From positions 57,545-121,544 of the forward strand of contig CACJUZ010000002.1 in assembly GCA_902596745.1 (NCBI GenBank): a stretch of DNA of 64,000 bases. Reading direction: 5' to 3'. This document shows, in pieces, positions 19,698 to 29,293 of the stretch. The stretch comes from an uncultured Pelagibacteraceae bacterium. GTDB taxonomy: Bacteria; Pseudomonadota; Alphaproteobacteria; Pelagibacterales; Pelagibacteraceae. Positions within the stretch are counted from its first letter, which is position 1; the number at the start of each line of letters is the position of its first letter. Under the pieces are notes generated by a model. That model did not search any database, was not told the DNA's origin, and was given only the letters and a program-made list of their open reading frames with translations. The position numbers and the translations under genes are program-made.

Positions 19698-20020
19698 ATA
19701 CTTGTTAAAACAGATAAAAGTATAGCAGAAAATATTGTTGGTATAACCAAATTTTTCTTCATTATAATGAAAATAAATATACAGCTAATAAGGACTATCA
19801 AACGTATTATGATGTCGGCATCAGCTAAAACTCCAGCAGGAAAAATTATAATTCTACCAAGCAAAGCTGCTAGAGTTGAGTAGGCTACTAGATTAAACCA
19901 ATCAAAAAGTTTCGAACTTGCATCAACTCTTTCTGAAGTTATTGCTCCTAAAAAACGCGATATAAACGTTGCAACAGATGTTGCAATTATTGCTAATATC
20001 ATAATTTTATTTGGATCCAT
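19694..20020 (-). CDS. azlD: AzlD-family small membrane protein
   Basis: 3-4 TM segments, ATFISRFLG; overlaps the azlC stop. Confidence 0.7.
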   Translation of the reverse strand: MDPNKIMILAIIATSVATFISRFLGAITSERVDASSKLFDWFNLVAYSTLAALLGRIIIFPAGVLADADIIIRLIVLISCIFIFIIMKKNLVIPTIFSAILLSVLTSI

Positions 20021-20714
20021 CTCTCACTCCAAATAAATATGATATTGAGCCCGCTGTTAAACCGGCAAAAAGAATAGCCCACTCACTTGAAAATAAATAA
20101 AATACTGGGCCTAGAGTAGTTCCTAATATAATAGCTAAAGAAATTTTTAAGTTATTCATTGCTCCAATCATCATGCAAAAGAAATAAACAGGATTTACGA
20201 TTGCTAACCCTATAATAATATCTTTGTTTAGATAGTCTGCTAAAGTAAAACCTATTAAAGTTGTTACAATTGCTGTAGTCCATGTTCCAAAGCCAATACC
20301 CATCCAAAAGTCAATTCTGTATTTCTGATCAATTTTTTTATACGAGTCTTTAGCTATGAGCCAAGATGAGATTGCAAGAAAATGACATGACAAATAATAT
20401 TTCCATCTAGGTTGAGACTTATGTTTAAGTAAAGGGAAAAGAGATACGGTCATTGGATATAGTCTGAAATTTACTAACCAAACAGCTATAAAAATATTAA
20501 TTATTGATGCGCCAATTAATAAAGACTCGGCCATAACAAGTTGACCTGGTAAAGCATAAGTAAAAAAACTTGATGCAGCACTTTGTTGAATGTTTAAGCC
20601 TGCATCCTTAAGTAAAGCTCCGAGTGCAATAAAGCATGCAGCTAAAGGTATCGCTGGACTTCTTACTCCTATTAATGATTTAAGTCCTTTAAAAAAAATT
20701 TTTGAATTTATCAT
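20007..20714 (-). CDS. azlC: AzlC-family amino acid exporter subunit
   Basis: YALPGQLVM, VWLVNFRLYPMTVSL, hydrophobic profile. Confidence 0.82.
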   Translation of the reverse strand: MINSKIFFKGLKSLIGVRSPAIPLAACFIALGALLKDAGLNIQQSAASSFFTYALPGQLVMAESLLIGASIINIFIAVWLVNFRLYPMTVSLFPLLKHKSQPRWKYYLSCHFLAISSWLIAKDSYKKIDQKYRIDFWMGIGFGTWTTAIVTTLIGFTLADYLNKDIIIGLAIVNPVYFFCMMIGAMNNLKISLAIILGTTLGPVFYLFSSEWAILFAGLTAGSISYLFGVRDGSK

Positions 20715-21496
20715 CCTCCAAGGAATAATCTGCCTACGTCAGGATTTTTTAAAAGATCATTGCCTTTGCCAGCAATCGCTGTTTGACCAGAAACTAAAAC
20801 GTATCCTATGTCAGCAAATTCCAGACCTTTTTTTGCATTTTGTTCAACTAAGATAATTGTTTTCTTTTCTGCTTTTTGGAGATCTTCTAAAATTTCAAAC
20901 ACCATACTTATATATTTAGGTTCTAAACCAATTGAAGGTTCATCAACAAGTAGCACCGAAGGTTTCATAACTAAAGCTCTAGAAATTTCTAATAGTCTTC
21001 TTTCTCCGCCTGATAAAACTTTTGCAGGTTGATTTCTTCTATTTCTTAGTCTGTCATATTTTTGAAAAATTCTTTCAGCCTCTTCGTAAGCTTCATCTTG
21101 TTTATCTTTTATATATCCTCCCATTAAAAGGTTTTCTTCCACTGTCATGTCAGGGAAAACAGAATTATCCTGCAAAATATATGCAATGCCAACTTTACTT
21201 AATTTTTCTGCAGGAGTAAGTTTAGTAATTTCATTGCCTTCTAATTCAATCTTTCCATCAAAGATATTTGTGAAACCATATATAGAGTGAAGAATTGTAG
21301 ATTTTCCTGCCCCGTTTGGTCCAATTAAGCATAACGATTGGGCTTTACTCACTGTTAAATCAAATTCATGAAGAATTTCCATCTTTCCGTAACCTGCGTT
21401 AAGCCCTCTTATTGTTAAATGAACATCGTTAGGAGAAAGTTGATTTAGTTCTTCTAACCCTGGAGCTTTTCCTAAAACATCATATTGATTAGCCAT
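20711..21496 (-). CDS. LivF-like ABC ATP-binding protein (second LIV-family system)
   Basis: GPNGAGKST, LSGGERRLLEI, LVEQNA. Confidence 0.9.
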   Translation of the reverse strand: MANQYDVLGKAPGLEELNQLSPNDVHLTIRGLNAGYGKMEILHEFDLTVSKAQSLCLIGPNGAGKSTILHSIYGFTNIFDGKIELEGNEITKLTPAEKLSKVGIAYILQDNSVFPDMTVEENLLMGGYIKDKQDEAYEEAERIFQKYDRLRNRRNQPAKVLSGGERRLLEISRALVMKPSVLLVDEPSIGLEPKYISMVFEILEDLQKAEKKTIILVEQNAKKGLEFADIGYVLVSGQTAIAGKGNDLLKNPDVGRLFLGG

Positions 21497-22230
21497 TACT
21501 GTGCTCCTAAATAAGCATCAACAACTCGCTTATCATTTTTAATTTGATCTGGTGAACCTTCTGCTAACATTTTTCCGTGTGCTAGACAGAATATTTTTTG
21601 AGCTAAGCTCATTATTACTCTCATATTATGTTCAATAACTAATAACGTAATTCCATAATCTTTGTTTATTTTAATTAACCTATCTATAATTCCATTAATT
21701 AACGTTGGATTTATTCCTGCCGTTGGTTCATCTAATAAAAGCATTTTTGGCTCATTCATTAATGCCATTGCCAATTCTAATAATTTTTGCTGTCCAAATG
21801 ATAAATCTCCTGCTCTTAAATTTCTTTTCTGATATAGACCGACAAAGTTAAGAAGATTTTCCGCTTTTTCAGTCAGATCTGGCGGCACTTTTGCAAAAAT
21901 AAATCCGGAGTCGCTAGCTTTATGACTAATAAGCATATTCTCTACGCAATTGAGTTTTGAGTAAATTCGTGTTTGTTGAAAAGTTCTTAATAAGCCTAGT
22001 TTTGCTACTGCTGGTACGGGCATTTCAGAAACCTCTGTATTATCAAAGATAATAGATCCTTGATCTATTGGGTGAGTTCCTACAATCGAATTAAATAATG
22101 TTGTTTTACCAGATCCGTTTGGTCCTATTAAACCAACTATTGATCCTTGCTCTACTGAAACAGAAATATCTACGTTGGCTTGGACACCGCCAAAAGATTT
22201 GCTTACATTTTTTACTTCTAAGATACTCAT
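21496..22230 (-). CDS. LivG-like ABC ATP-binding protein (second LIV-family system)
   Basis: GPNGSGKTT, RTFQQTR, LSFGQQKLLEL, IEHNM, AYLG. Confidence 0.9.
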   Translation of the reverse strand: MSILEVKNVSKSFGGVQANVDISVSVEQGSIVGLIGPNGSGKTTLFNSIVGTHPIDQGSIIFDNTEVSEMPVPAVAKLGLLRTFQQTRIYSKLNCVENMLISHKASDSGFIFAKVPPDLTEKAENLLNFVGLYQKRNLRAGDLSFGQQKLLELAMALMNEPKMLLLDEPTAGINPTLINGIIDRLIKINKDYGITLLVIEHNMRVIMSLAQKIFCLAHGKMLAEGSPDQIKNDKRVVDAYLGAQ

Positions 22231-23291
22231 TTTAATTCAACCTGCGCTTTACGATCTTTTTCATCAATTACTTCACCAAATCTTTCAGGATATTTTTCTC
22301 TTAACCAACCCATTAGTCCCTCAGGGAAATAAATTACAATTACTACAATTAAAACTCCTAGAGCAACGTATTGCCAACCTAAGATTAAAGTCCAGAAACC
22401 CTCTTTTAAAAAATGGAATAAAGTTGCACCAATAACCGGTCCCCATAAAGTTCCTTTACCTCCTAGAATTGCCATTAAGACCATGAACACTCCCATTTCT
22501 CTTCCGTCAAAAGCAACATCTGTTGAGTCTATGTAACCGATTAGTCCACCCATTATTCCTCCAGCAAGACCAGCAAAAAAAGCGGACACCATCCATCCTA
22601 CAATTTTATATTTCATTGTTTGAATACCCATCGCTTCAGCCTTATCTTCATTGTCTCTTATTGCATTTAAAATTAATTTGAATCTAGATCCATAAATCCA
22701 TTTGATAAAAACAAATGTACCAATTAATAAGACAAAACTTAAAAAATAGAAAAAATCACCTCTAGCTCCGGGATCAACTATATCTTTTGGGAACGGCGGT
22801 GTAGTAAAGCCCTGGCCAGCTCCAATGATTTCAATACCTCCAGCAATTTCACCTGCGGCAATACCTAAGCCTAAAGTACAAATAGCAAAATAGTGGCCTC
22901 TTAATCCTAAAATTGCGTAACCAATAGCGCCTGCAATAATAGTCGGAACTAACGCTGCAACTAATAAACCAACGCCCATACCTTGAAAATATTGAGATGT
23001 AGTGTGTACAAATGTTTTCTCACCACCGCTTTCCGTCCATTCAGCCAATGGAAAAAACATTCCGACTTGAACCGATGCAGTTAGATACATTCCAAGACCA
23101 TAAAAAAGAATGTTTCCAAAAGTATTATAACCCATTTCTCCTCCTTGCAGATTCCATGTCATAGCTAATACTATTAAAACACAAAGTATTGTGAGCTGAA
23201 CTTTAAAACCTGGGAATAAAAATGGAGCAGCTAGTCCTAAGATTATTAAGCCGGAGTATAAAATTAAATCTTTTTGTTTCACTTTGTCCAT
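22227..23291 (-). CDS. LivM-like ABC permease (second system)
   Basis: LRGHYFAICTL, AIRDNEDKAEAMGI, LGGKGTLWGP. Confidence 0.88.
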   Translation of the reverse strand: MDKVKQKDLILYSGLIILGLAAPFLFPGFKVQLTILCVLIVLAMTWNLQGGEMGYNTFGNILFYGLGMYLTASVQVGMFFPLAEWTESGGEKTFVHTTSQYFQGMGVGLLVAALVPTIIAGAIGYAILGLRGHYFAICTLGLGIAAGEIAGGIEIIGAGQGFTTPPFPKDIVDPGARGDFFYFLSFVLLIGTFVFIKWIYGSRFKLILNAIRDNEDKAEAMGIQTMKYKIVGWMVSAFFAGLAGGIMGGLIGYIDSTDVAFDGREMGVFMVLMAILGGKGTLWGPVIGATLFHFLKEGFWTLILGWQYVALGVLIVVIVIYFPEGLMGWLREKYPERFGEVIDEKDRKAQVELK

Positions 23292-24185
23292 TTATTTCAA
23301 ATACTCCCTTTTCTTTGAAAGTTTAAATCTTCTATAAACTAATATGAAAACTAGCAGCATAAACACTGCTCCAATTCTAAATTCTGTTCCTAAAATATAA
23401 TCTGCAAATTCCTCAAAAAGTCCTAAACCCATTCCAGAAATTGCTACCGCAGGTAAATTTCCAAGACCTGCAACAATCACTATCATAAATGATCTAACCG
23501 TATAAGGAAGGCCTACGTAAGGGTGCAGGGTAAGTGTAATTGCAATTAAAGCACCAGCAATTCCACACAATGCTGCGTTTATACCAAAAGTTGCTGCATA
23601 AACTTTTTCTGTATCAACACCTAAAATTTTTGCAGCTCTAGCATTTTGTGCTGTGGCTCTTATAGCTCGTCCAAGTCTAGATTTTTTCATATATATTACT
23701 AAAGCGATTGCATACAAAATACTTACTACTGCAGAGAAAATTTTTGAGTTAGGTAATGTTACTGAATTATCAAAAAGCATTGTTGTTCCGTACTCTGATT
23801 GAGCAACAACAACATCTGCACCAAAAATAAAATTCATTAATTGTTGAAATATAATAGCGATACCAAAGGTTGCTAAAATTGAGATAAATAAATCGCGATC
23901 TACGACTTTATTAATAACTAATTTATAAAGTGCCCATCCGACAAAAAACATTATAATTGGGGAAACGATAACTCCCCATGCTGGGTGAATTCCAGCGAGA
24001 TACATTGTATAAGCAATATAGCCTCCAAGAATTACTAGGTCTCCTTGTGCAATATTTATTATATTCATTACTCCCCATTGCAGAGCCATACCGTAGGCAA
24101 TTAAAGCAAATAAAATACCAAGAAGAATTCCGTCCAGAGAAGCCTGGACCATAAGGATTGGAGCTTTAAATATAAGAAAGTCCAT
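23292..24185 (-). CDS. LivH-like ABC permease (second system)
   Basis: GVMNIINIAQG, GRAIRATAQN, GLGNL. Confidence 0.88.
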   Translation of the reverse strand: MDFLIFKAPILMVQASLDGILLGILFALIAYGMALQWGVMNIINIAQGDLVILGGYIAYTMYLAGIHPAWGVIVSPIIMFFVGWALYKLVINKVVDRDLFISILATFGIAIIFQQLMNFIFGADVVVAQSEYGTTMLFDNSVTLPNSKIFSAVVSILYAIALVIYMKKSRLGRAIRATAQNARAAKILGVDTEKVYAATFGINAALCGIAGALIAITLTLHPYVGLPYTVRSFMIVIVAGLGNLPAVAISGMGLGLFEEFADYILGTEFRIGAVFMLLVFILVYRRFKLSKKREYLK

Positions 24186-24202
24186 ATAAACCTAAAACTT
24201 AT

Positions 24203-24237
24203 AAAAGAAATGCCCCCTTAATACTAGGGGGCATTTC
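24203..24237 (-). terminator. Hairpin/terminator between the binding-protein gene and the permease genes
   Basis: 12-bp stem GAAATGCCCCCT/AGGGGGCATTTC followed by UUUUAU on the minus strand. Confidence 0.8.
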
Positions 24238-24252
24238 AAATCTAATTAGATA

Positions 24253-25494
24253 TTAACTTCTTTCAGACCACTTAGGGATTGGGTGGTAGAATTTATCTGA
24301 AGCCCATTTTGTTGGAGCAACAACTTTATTCTCACACGTATCACCTTTGCATCTTACTTGGAATAAAATCATAGGCTTAGCAGTGTTTTGTCCGCCAGGT
24401 CCAAATTTAATATTTCCATAGAAAGTTTGCATTTCTGTAGTCTTAAGAGCGTCTCTTACTTTATCTCCATCAAAAGAATTTGCTCTTTCGAACGCATCTT
24501 TGAATACTAATAAAGCAGCAGAAGATTCAGCTGATTGGTATGGTGGAGCATAACCAAATTCTTTTTTAAAGTCTTTGTCATACTTCTTACCAGTTCCAAA
24601 AAACTTATCTTTATAGCTTAAGTTTTTGTGCCACTGTGATGCACATAATGCGTATTCTGATTTCTTTCCATGTTGTTTAGAAAGTTTTGCAGCATCGCAG
24701 TGTGTCATCGCTAACATAGGGACATCCACTTTCATTTCAGCTATTTGTCTGATTGCAGTCAATGCACCTTTTGTGTGGCCTGATACAACAAGTACATCTG
24801 GCTTAGTAGCTTTTACTTTAGCTAGTGTAGCTGCCATATCGTTAAGTTCTTTTGGTAATTTATCATCGATAATAATCTCTGATCCAGTTCTCTTTGCTGC
24901 ATCTAAGATACCTAATCTCACGTCTTGTGAAAATGCATCTTGTTCAAATGCTTGAGCAATTCTTACTGGCTTACCACCGTTTTTCTCTACCGCTAAATCG
25001 ATAGCTACTTCAAGGTATTGGTTAGCTGGTGATAACACAGCAAACAAATATTTATATCCTTTTGTAAATAAAGATCTAGATGCACCATTCGCTTCAACCA
25101 TAGGAATTTTATATTTCTCGGTTACTGGTGCGATAGCTTTTGTTAAACCTGAACTGTAAGGTCCAAGCATATACTTAACGCCATCTTGGTTAATTAGTCT
25201 TTCAGCTAATTGTGCGGCTCTCTTTGGATTTGACTCATCATCGTAATAAATGATTTCAAATTTATATTTCTTCCCTTGAACTTCAACTCCACCCATTTTG
25301 TTGATTCTGTCAACGGCTAAGTTGTAACCGTTTTGAGTGTGAACTCCATTTGAAGAATATTTTCCAGTTAGAGAAATTGCAGCACCTAATACTATGTACT
25401 CACCATCAACTTTTGCAAAAGAAGATGACATGCTTGATAGCATTAATGTGATAGCTGAAATAAATGTAATAAATAGTTTTGTTAATTTATTCAT
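24253..25494 (-). CDS. LivJ-superfamily periplasmic binding protein, divergent subfamily; substrate possibly dicarboxylates
   Basis: Signal peptide; GAAISLTGKYS, YYDDES, LGPYSSGLT; lacks the canonical LivJ DDACDPKQA motif. Confidence 0.85.
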   Translation of the reverse strand: MNKLTKLFITFISAITLMLSSMSSSFAKVDGEYIVLGAAISLTGKYSSNGVHTQNGYNLAVDRINKMGGVEVQGKKYKFEIIYYDDESNPKRAAQLAERLINQDGVKYMLGPYSSGLTKAIAPVTEKYKIPMVEANGASRSLFTKGYKYLFAVLSPANQYLEVAIDLAVEKNGGKPVRIAQAFEQDAFSQDVRLGILDAAKRTGSEIIIDDKLPKELNDMAATLAKVKATKPDVLVVSGHTKGALTAIRQIAEMKVDVPMLAMTHCDAAKLSKQHGKKSEYALCASQWHKNLSYKDKFFGTGKKYDKDFKKEFGYAPPYQSAESSAALLVFKDAFERANSFDGDKVRDALKTTEMQTFYGNIKFGPGGQNTAKPMILFQVRCKGDTCENKVVAPTKWASDKFYHPIPKWSERS

Positions 25495-25505
25495 TATTTC
25501 CTCTC

Positions 25506-25558
25506 TGTTAATTAATTAATTAATGAAATATTAAAACAAGATTTTATAAAAATAACAA
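25506..25558 (-). promoter_or_regulatory. Promoter and (TTAA)4 leader element of the second binding-protein gene
   Basis: Minus strand TTGTTA-17 bp-TTTAAT, then ATTAATTAATTAATTAACA directly before the GAGAGGA RBS. Confidence 0.6.
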
Positions 25559-25571
25559 CAGTTAGAATCTA

Positions 25572-26186
25572 TTAATAGTTTTGAGAAGCCGCGACATAAA
25601 CTGCGATAATTATTAATACACACGCAGAGATTGTATTTAAAACTTTAGGATTATCTTTAAGCCAAATAGAAACTTTATTAGCTGCAAAAGCATAAATCAT
25701 TAAAGTAGTAAAATCTAAAATGACATATGTAATTATTAAAATTAAAAACTGAGCGAAGTAGTTAGATGAAAAGTCTATAAAAGAAGTAAATATTGTTCCA
25801 AAAAATATTATTGATTTTGGACTAAGTCCAGCAACTAGAAAACCATCTCTATAAAAAGAGAATATAGATCTTAAGTTTTTATTTCCACTTTCAACGATCC
25901 TAATTCTAGATGTGTAAGTATCGTAGGCTAAATATATTAAATAGAGAATACCCGCCCATTTCAACATTTGTAATATATCAGGATTATCACTCAAGAATGT
26001 ACCAATAAAAAATACAACAAGTATTCCCTGACAAAAGTTTGCAGAGATATCGCCTATGGCAGTCCAAATTGACTTATTAATTCCATAATTCAAAGTATGA
26101 GAGACAATGACAACACGAGGTGGTCCTGGAGTAATAAACAAAAATAAAATTATTTGTAAAAAAATTAAAAAATCTGTGGGAAACAT
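25572..26186 (-). CDS. LysE/RhtB-family exporter
   Basis: ITPGPP, WAGILYLIYLAY, GFLVAGLSPKSIIFF. Confidence 0.87.
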   Translation of the reverse strand: MFPTDFLIFLQIILFLFITPGPPRVVIVSHTLNYGINKSIWTAIGDISANFCQGILVVFFIGTFLSDNPDILQMLKWAGILYLIYLAYDTYTSRIRIVESGNKNLRSIFSFYRDGFLVAGLSPKSIIFFGTIFTSFIDFSSNYFAQFLILIITYVILDFTTLMIYAFAANKVSIWLKDNPKVLNTISACVLIIIAVYVAASQNY

Positions 26187-26211
26187 TATTTTTATGACTA
26201 TATATGAATAT

Positions 26212-26508
26212 ATGAAGAAGAAAAGTTATATTCCCCAAACAAAAGTTAAAAATCCTGAACCTAAAAAAAAAGGCACTGATTGGGTTATTTGGGCTGCTTG
26301 GGCAGACAGAATTACTTTTGAAGAAATAAAAGAGAAAACTGGAAATAGTGAGTCAGATGTAATTAAAATAATGAGGAAAAATTTAAAGCCCTCTGCATTT
26401 AGACTTTGGAGAAAAAGGGTTCACAACACTAGTATTAAACATAGAAAAAAATTTAAGTTTGAAAGAAAAAAAATCAGAGAAAAAATAAGGATAAGTGATA
26501 TAAGTTAA
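26212..26508 (+). CDS. TIGR03643/DUF2805-like small basic protein
   Basis: VIWAAWADRITFEEIK...ESDVIKIMRKNLKPSAFRLWRKRV; start moved to ATG 26212 to avoid overlap with the divergent LysE gene. Confidence 0.75.
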   Translation: MKKKSYIPQTKVKNPEPKKKGTDWVIWAAWADRITFEEIKEKTGNSESDVIKIMRKNLKPSAFRLWRKRVHNTSIKHRKKFKFERKKIREKIRISDIS

Positions 26509-26510
26509 TT

Positions 26511-26765
26511 ATGAAAAAAGTTACCATGTATACTGGAAGCCCGTGCTCATTTTGTGAAGCTGCAAAAGCACTTTTAAAAACAAAAAATGTTGAAATTGAA
26601 GAATTTGATATTTGGAAAGATCCTGCAAAAGCAAAAGAAATGTTGCAGAGAACTAATGGAGCAAGAACAATTCCGCAAATTTTTATTGGGGACCATTATA
26701 TTGGTGGCAATGATAAGCTTCAGTCTGCAAATAGAAGTGGTGAATTAGATAAATTATTATCTTAA
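26511..26765 (+). CDS. grxC: Glutaredoxin 3
   Basis: CSFC active site, RTIPQIFIG, IGG. Confidence 0.9.
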   Translation: MKKVTMYTGSPCSFCEAAKALLKTKNVEIEEFDIWKDPAKAKEMLQRTNGARTIPQIFIGDHYIGGNDKLQSANRSGELDKLLS

Positions 26766-26767
26766 TC

Positions 26768-27667
26768 TTATTTTAAATCTGTTAATAAAGGCATCGAGTT
26801 ACCTGCCCCAAGTTTTAAAGTTGATAAACCTGCCACTTGATTGGCAATGTTTAAACACTCTTTAATACTTTTATTTTTTGACAAGGCATATGCAAGACCA
26901 CCATTAAAAGCGTCGCCTGCACCTGTTGTGTCTTCAACTTTTTTAAATGGTAGAGCCTTAATATAAATTTCTTCTTTACCATCAGAATAAAAAAGTCCCT
27001 TTTCACCTAAAGTAATTATTACCCTTTTAAGTCCTAATGCTAAAAGTTTTTTTGCACTTTCTTTCGCATCATTTTCATTTTTTATTTTAACCCCAGTATA
27101 AAATTCTGCCTCAGCTTCGTTTGGAGTAAAATAATCAGCTAAACTAAAAAATTCTTTATCTAATTTATATGCTGGAGCAGGATTTAATATATTTATTAAA
27201 CCACTTTCTTTAGCTACTTTTAAACAATGCAATGTTACTTCTATTGGAATTTCTAATTGTGTTAAGAATATTTTTGATTTTTTTATTATATTAATGTCTA
27301 TGTCATCTTTGGTAAAACTCGCTGGTGCCCCTCTGATAACGGTAATCGCATTTTGTCCAGTATTACTATCAACATGAATACCTGCTACTCCTGTTTGATG
27401 CTCTTTTGAAATTATAATGTTGGATGTATCTATCTTGTTTTGTTCAAGAGAATTTAAAGCAAGTTTTCCGTAGTCATCATCCCCAATTTTAGAAATAAAG
27501 TTAACATTGCATCCTAATCTTGCTAGAGCTATTGCTTGATTGCAGCCCTTGCCACCTGGACCAATATTATATTTATCACCAAGAATAGTTTCACCGGTTG
27601 TTGGAATTTTATTTGCTGAAAAACTTAAGTCTGCAACAAATATACCTAGAACAGTAACTTCACTCAT
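26768..27667 (-). CDS. rbsK: Ribokinase (PfkB family)
   Basis: PGGKGCNQAIA, QLEIP, LNPAPA, PNEAEA, DTTGAGDAFNG. Confidence 0.88.
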   Translation of the reverse strand: MSEVTVLGIFVADLSFSANKIPTTGETILGDKYNIGPGGKGCNQAIALARLGCNVNFISKIGDDDYGKLALNSLEQNKIDTSNIIISKEHQTGVAGIHVDSNTGQNAITVIRGAPASFTKDDIDINIIKKSKIFLTQLEIPIEVTLHCLKVAKESGLINILNPAPAYKLDKEFFSLADYFTPNEAEAEFYTGVKIKNENDAKESAKKLLALGLKRVIITLGEKGLFYSDGKEEIYIKALPFKKVEDTTGAGDAFNGGLAYALSKNKSIKECLNIANQVAGLSTLKLGAGNSMPLLTDLK

Positions 27668-28380
27668 TAACCAAGCTTAGTGAGAAAAGGAAAAGTTGTC
27701 AAAATATAATAGCTAATTACCTGTATTGAATTTGTCAGTATTAAAACACCAGTGATCAATAAAATTATTCCACCACCTTTTTTAACTTTTGAGTAATGTT
27801 TACTAAACCCCTTTTTGGAGTTTAGAAAAATTGTCATATAATATCCAGAAAGTATGAACGGTATTGCTAAACCAAGAGAGTAAAAAGAGAGTAATATCAC
27901 TCCACTGACTATAGTTGTTTCAGTAGCTGATAAAGCTAAAATTGAACCTAATACGGGACCTATACAAGGTGTCCATCCAAAGGCAAATGCGGAACCAACG
28001 ACAAAAGGGAAAATGAAATTATCTTTATAACTTCCCGTGTCTATTTTTTTGTCTTGATTTAAAAAATTAAAATTTAATATACCTATAAAATTTAATGAAA
28101 ACAAAATAATTATAATTCCAGCAGCTATCCTAAGTTCTTTGCCAAAAAAGATTAAAACATTTCCTAAAAATGAAGCAGCCATTCCTAAGCTAATGAAAAC
28201 AAAAGAAAATCCTAGAGAAAATATAATTGTTTTGATTAAGACAATCTTTTTGTCTTTATCCATTTCATCAAGTTTTTTGCCTGTAATATAAGATATGTAA
28301 CCTGGTATTATTGGTAAAACACAAGGAGTTAGGAAACTGATAAAACCTGCACCGAACGCTAAGAAAGATTTAATTAACAT
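27667..28380 (-). CDS. ccdA: Cytochrome c biogenesis protein CcdA
   Basis: SFLTPCVLPIIP and FGWTPCIGPVL redox Cys motifs. Confidence 0.92.
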   Translation of the reverse strand: MLIKSFLAFGAGFISFLTPCVLPIIPGYISYITGKKLDEMDKDKKIVLIKTIIFSLGFSFVFISLGMAASFLGNVLIFFGKELRIAAGIIIILFSLNFIGILNFNFLNQDKKIDTGSYKDNFIFPFVVGSAFAFGWTPCIGPVLGSILALSATETTIVSGVILLSFYSLGLAIPFILSGYYMTIFLNSKKGFSKHYSKVKKGGGIILLITGVLILTNSIQVISYYILTTFPFLTKLG

Positions 28381-28403
28381 AATTTAATGATACAATTATC
28401 ATA

Positions 28404-28745
28404 ATGATTATTAAATATGTAAGTTTTTTACTAGGGCTAATATGGTCCTACTCGTTTATTAGAACACAATCAATTTTTAGTAATAAAACCGCATTATTGT
28501 TTAAAGTTTTTATTTCAAAAGTATCCTGGTTTACTTTTATTGCAGCATGTTATTTTGGTTACAAAAACTTTTCATTTAAAGCAACATTAATTGGAATTGC
28601 TGCAGCAGTAGTAATTGTTCACTTAGGTTTTTCCTTTTTATCTAATTTTTTAAGTAAAAAAATAGGACAAGAAAACCTTCTTAAAATAAAAACTGTATTT
28701 GAATACACTTTGATTGCCTTTATTGTATATTTTGTTTTCTTTTAA
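28404..28745 (+). CDS. Hypothetical membrane protein (about 4 TM)
   Basis: Fills the gap between ccdA and the phosphatase; hydrophobic; extended -10 (TG-A-TACAAT) just upstream. Confidence 0.65.
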   Translation: MIIKYVSFLLGLIWSYSFIRTQSIFSNKTALLFKVFISKVSWFTFIAACYFGYKNFSFKATLIGIAAAVVIVHLGFSFLSNFLSKKIGQENLLKIKTVFEYTLIAFIVYFVFF

Positions 28746-29293
28746 TCTGTAGGAATAGTGCTTAGCACATTAAATTTTTTATCTGTTATTACTATTTCAC
28801 CTGAACTAGGAACTGCATTAGTAATAGCAGTTATAATACTATAATGAGTTATTAAGACTAAATTGCCTCCATCGCCATCCCAATTATTAACAAATGTTTG
28901 AAGTTGTTTAAGTTGTTTTGGTTCATTTTTTGCAAAAGATGATTGAAAGGTTGAGTTTAAAGCTGGAAACTCAAAATAATTATTAAAAGCATATTTTGCA
29001 GTATCTTTACATCTACACCATTGGCTACTTAAAACTTTATCAACAGGAATTTTATTTTTTTTAAATAGTTTTCCTATTGCTTTTGATTGTTCAATTCCAA
29101 CCTTATCTAGGTTTCGTTGTGTTTTACAATCATCAATTTTAAATCCCGGTGGATCTCCACCTCCAGGTGCTAATGCATGTCTTATTAATATTATTTTGTC
29201 TCCCTCTTTTGCTTCAACCCATAAATCTTTTGCGATTAAATTTTGATTAGTGAAGAATTGAAAAAAAACTAGAAATAATAAAATTTTTTTCAT
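28742..29293 (-). CDS. Exported histidine phosphatase (phosphoglycerate mutase-like) family protein
   Basis: Signal peptide; LIRHA, QRNL, SSQWCRCKDTA, LITH. Confidence 0.85.
   Translation of the reverse strand: MKKILLFLVFFQFFTNQNLIAKDLWVEAKEGDKIILIRHALAPGGGDPPGFKIDDCKTQRNLDKVGIEQSKAIGKLFKKNKIPVDKVLSSQWCRCKDTAKYAFNNYFEFPALNSTFQSSFAKNEPKQLKQLQTFVNNWDGDGGNLVLITHYSIITAITNAVPSSGEIVITDKKFNVLSTIPTD

Noticed and set aside
26107-26211. N-terminal extension of the TIGR03643-like ORF (likewise livM, msrB, the MFS and the 2-hydroxyacid dehydrogenase)
   Set aside because: Extensions overlap neighbouring genes; downstream ATGs fit family N-termini and local start signals better
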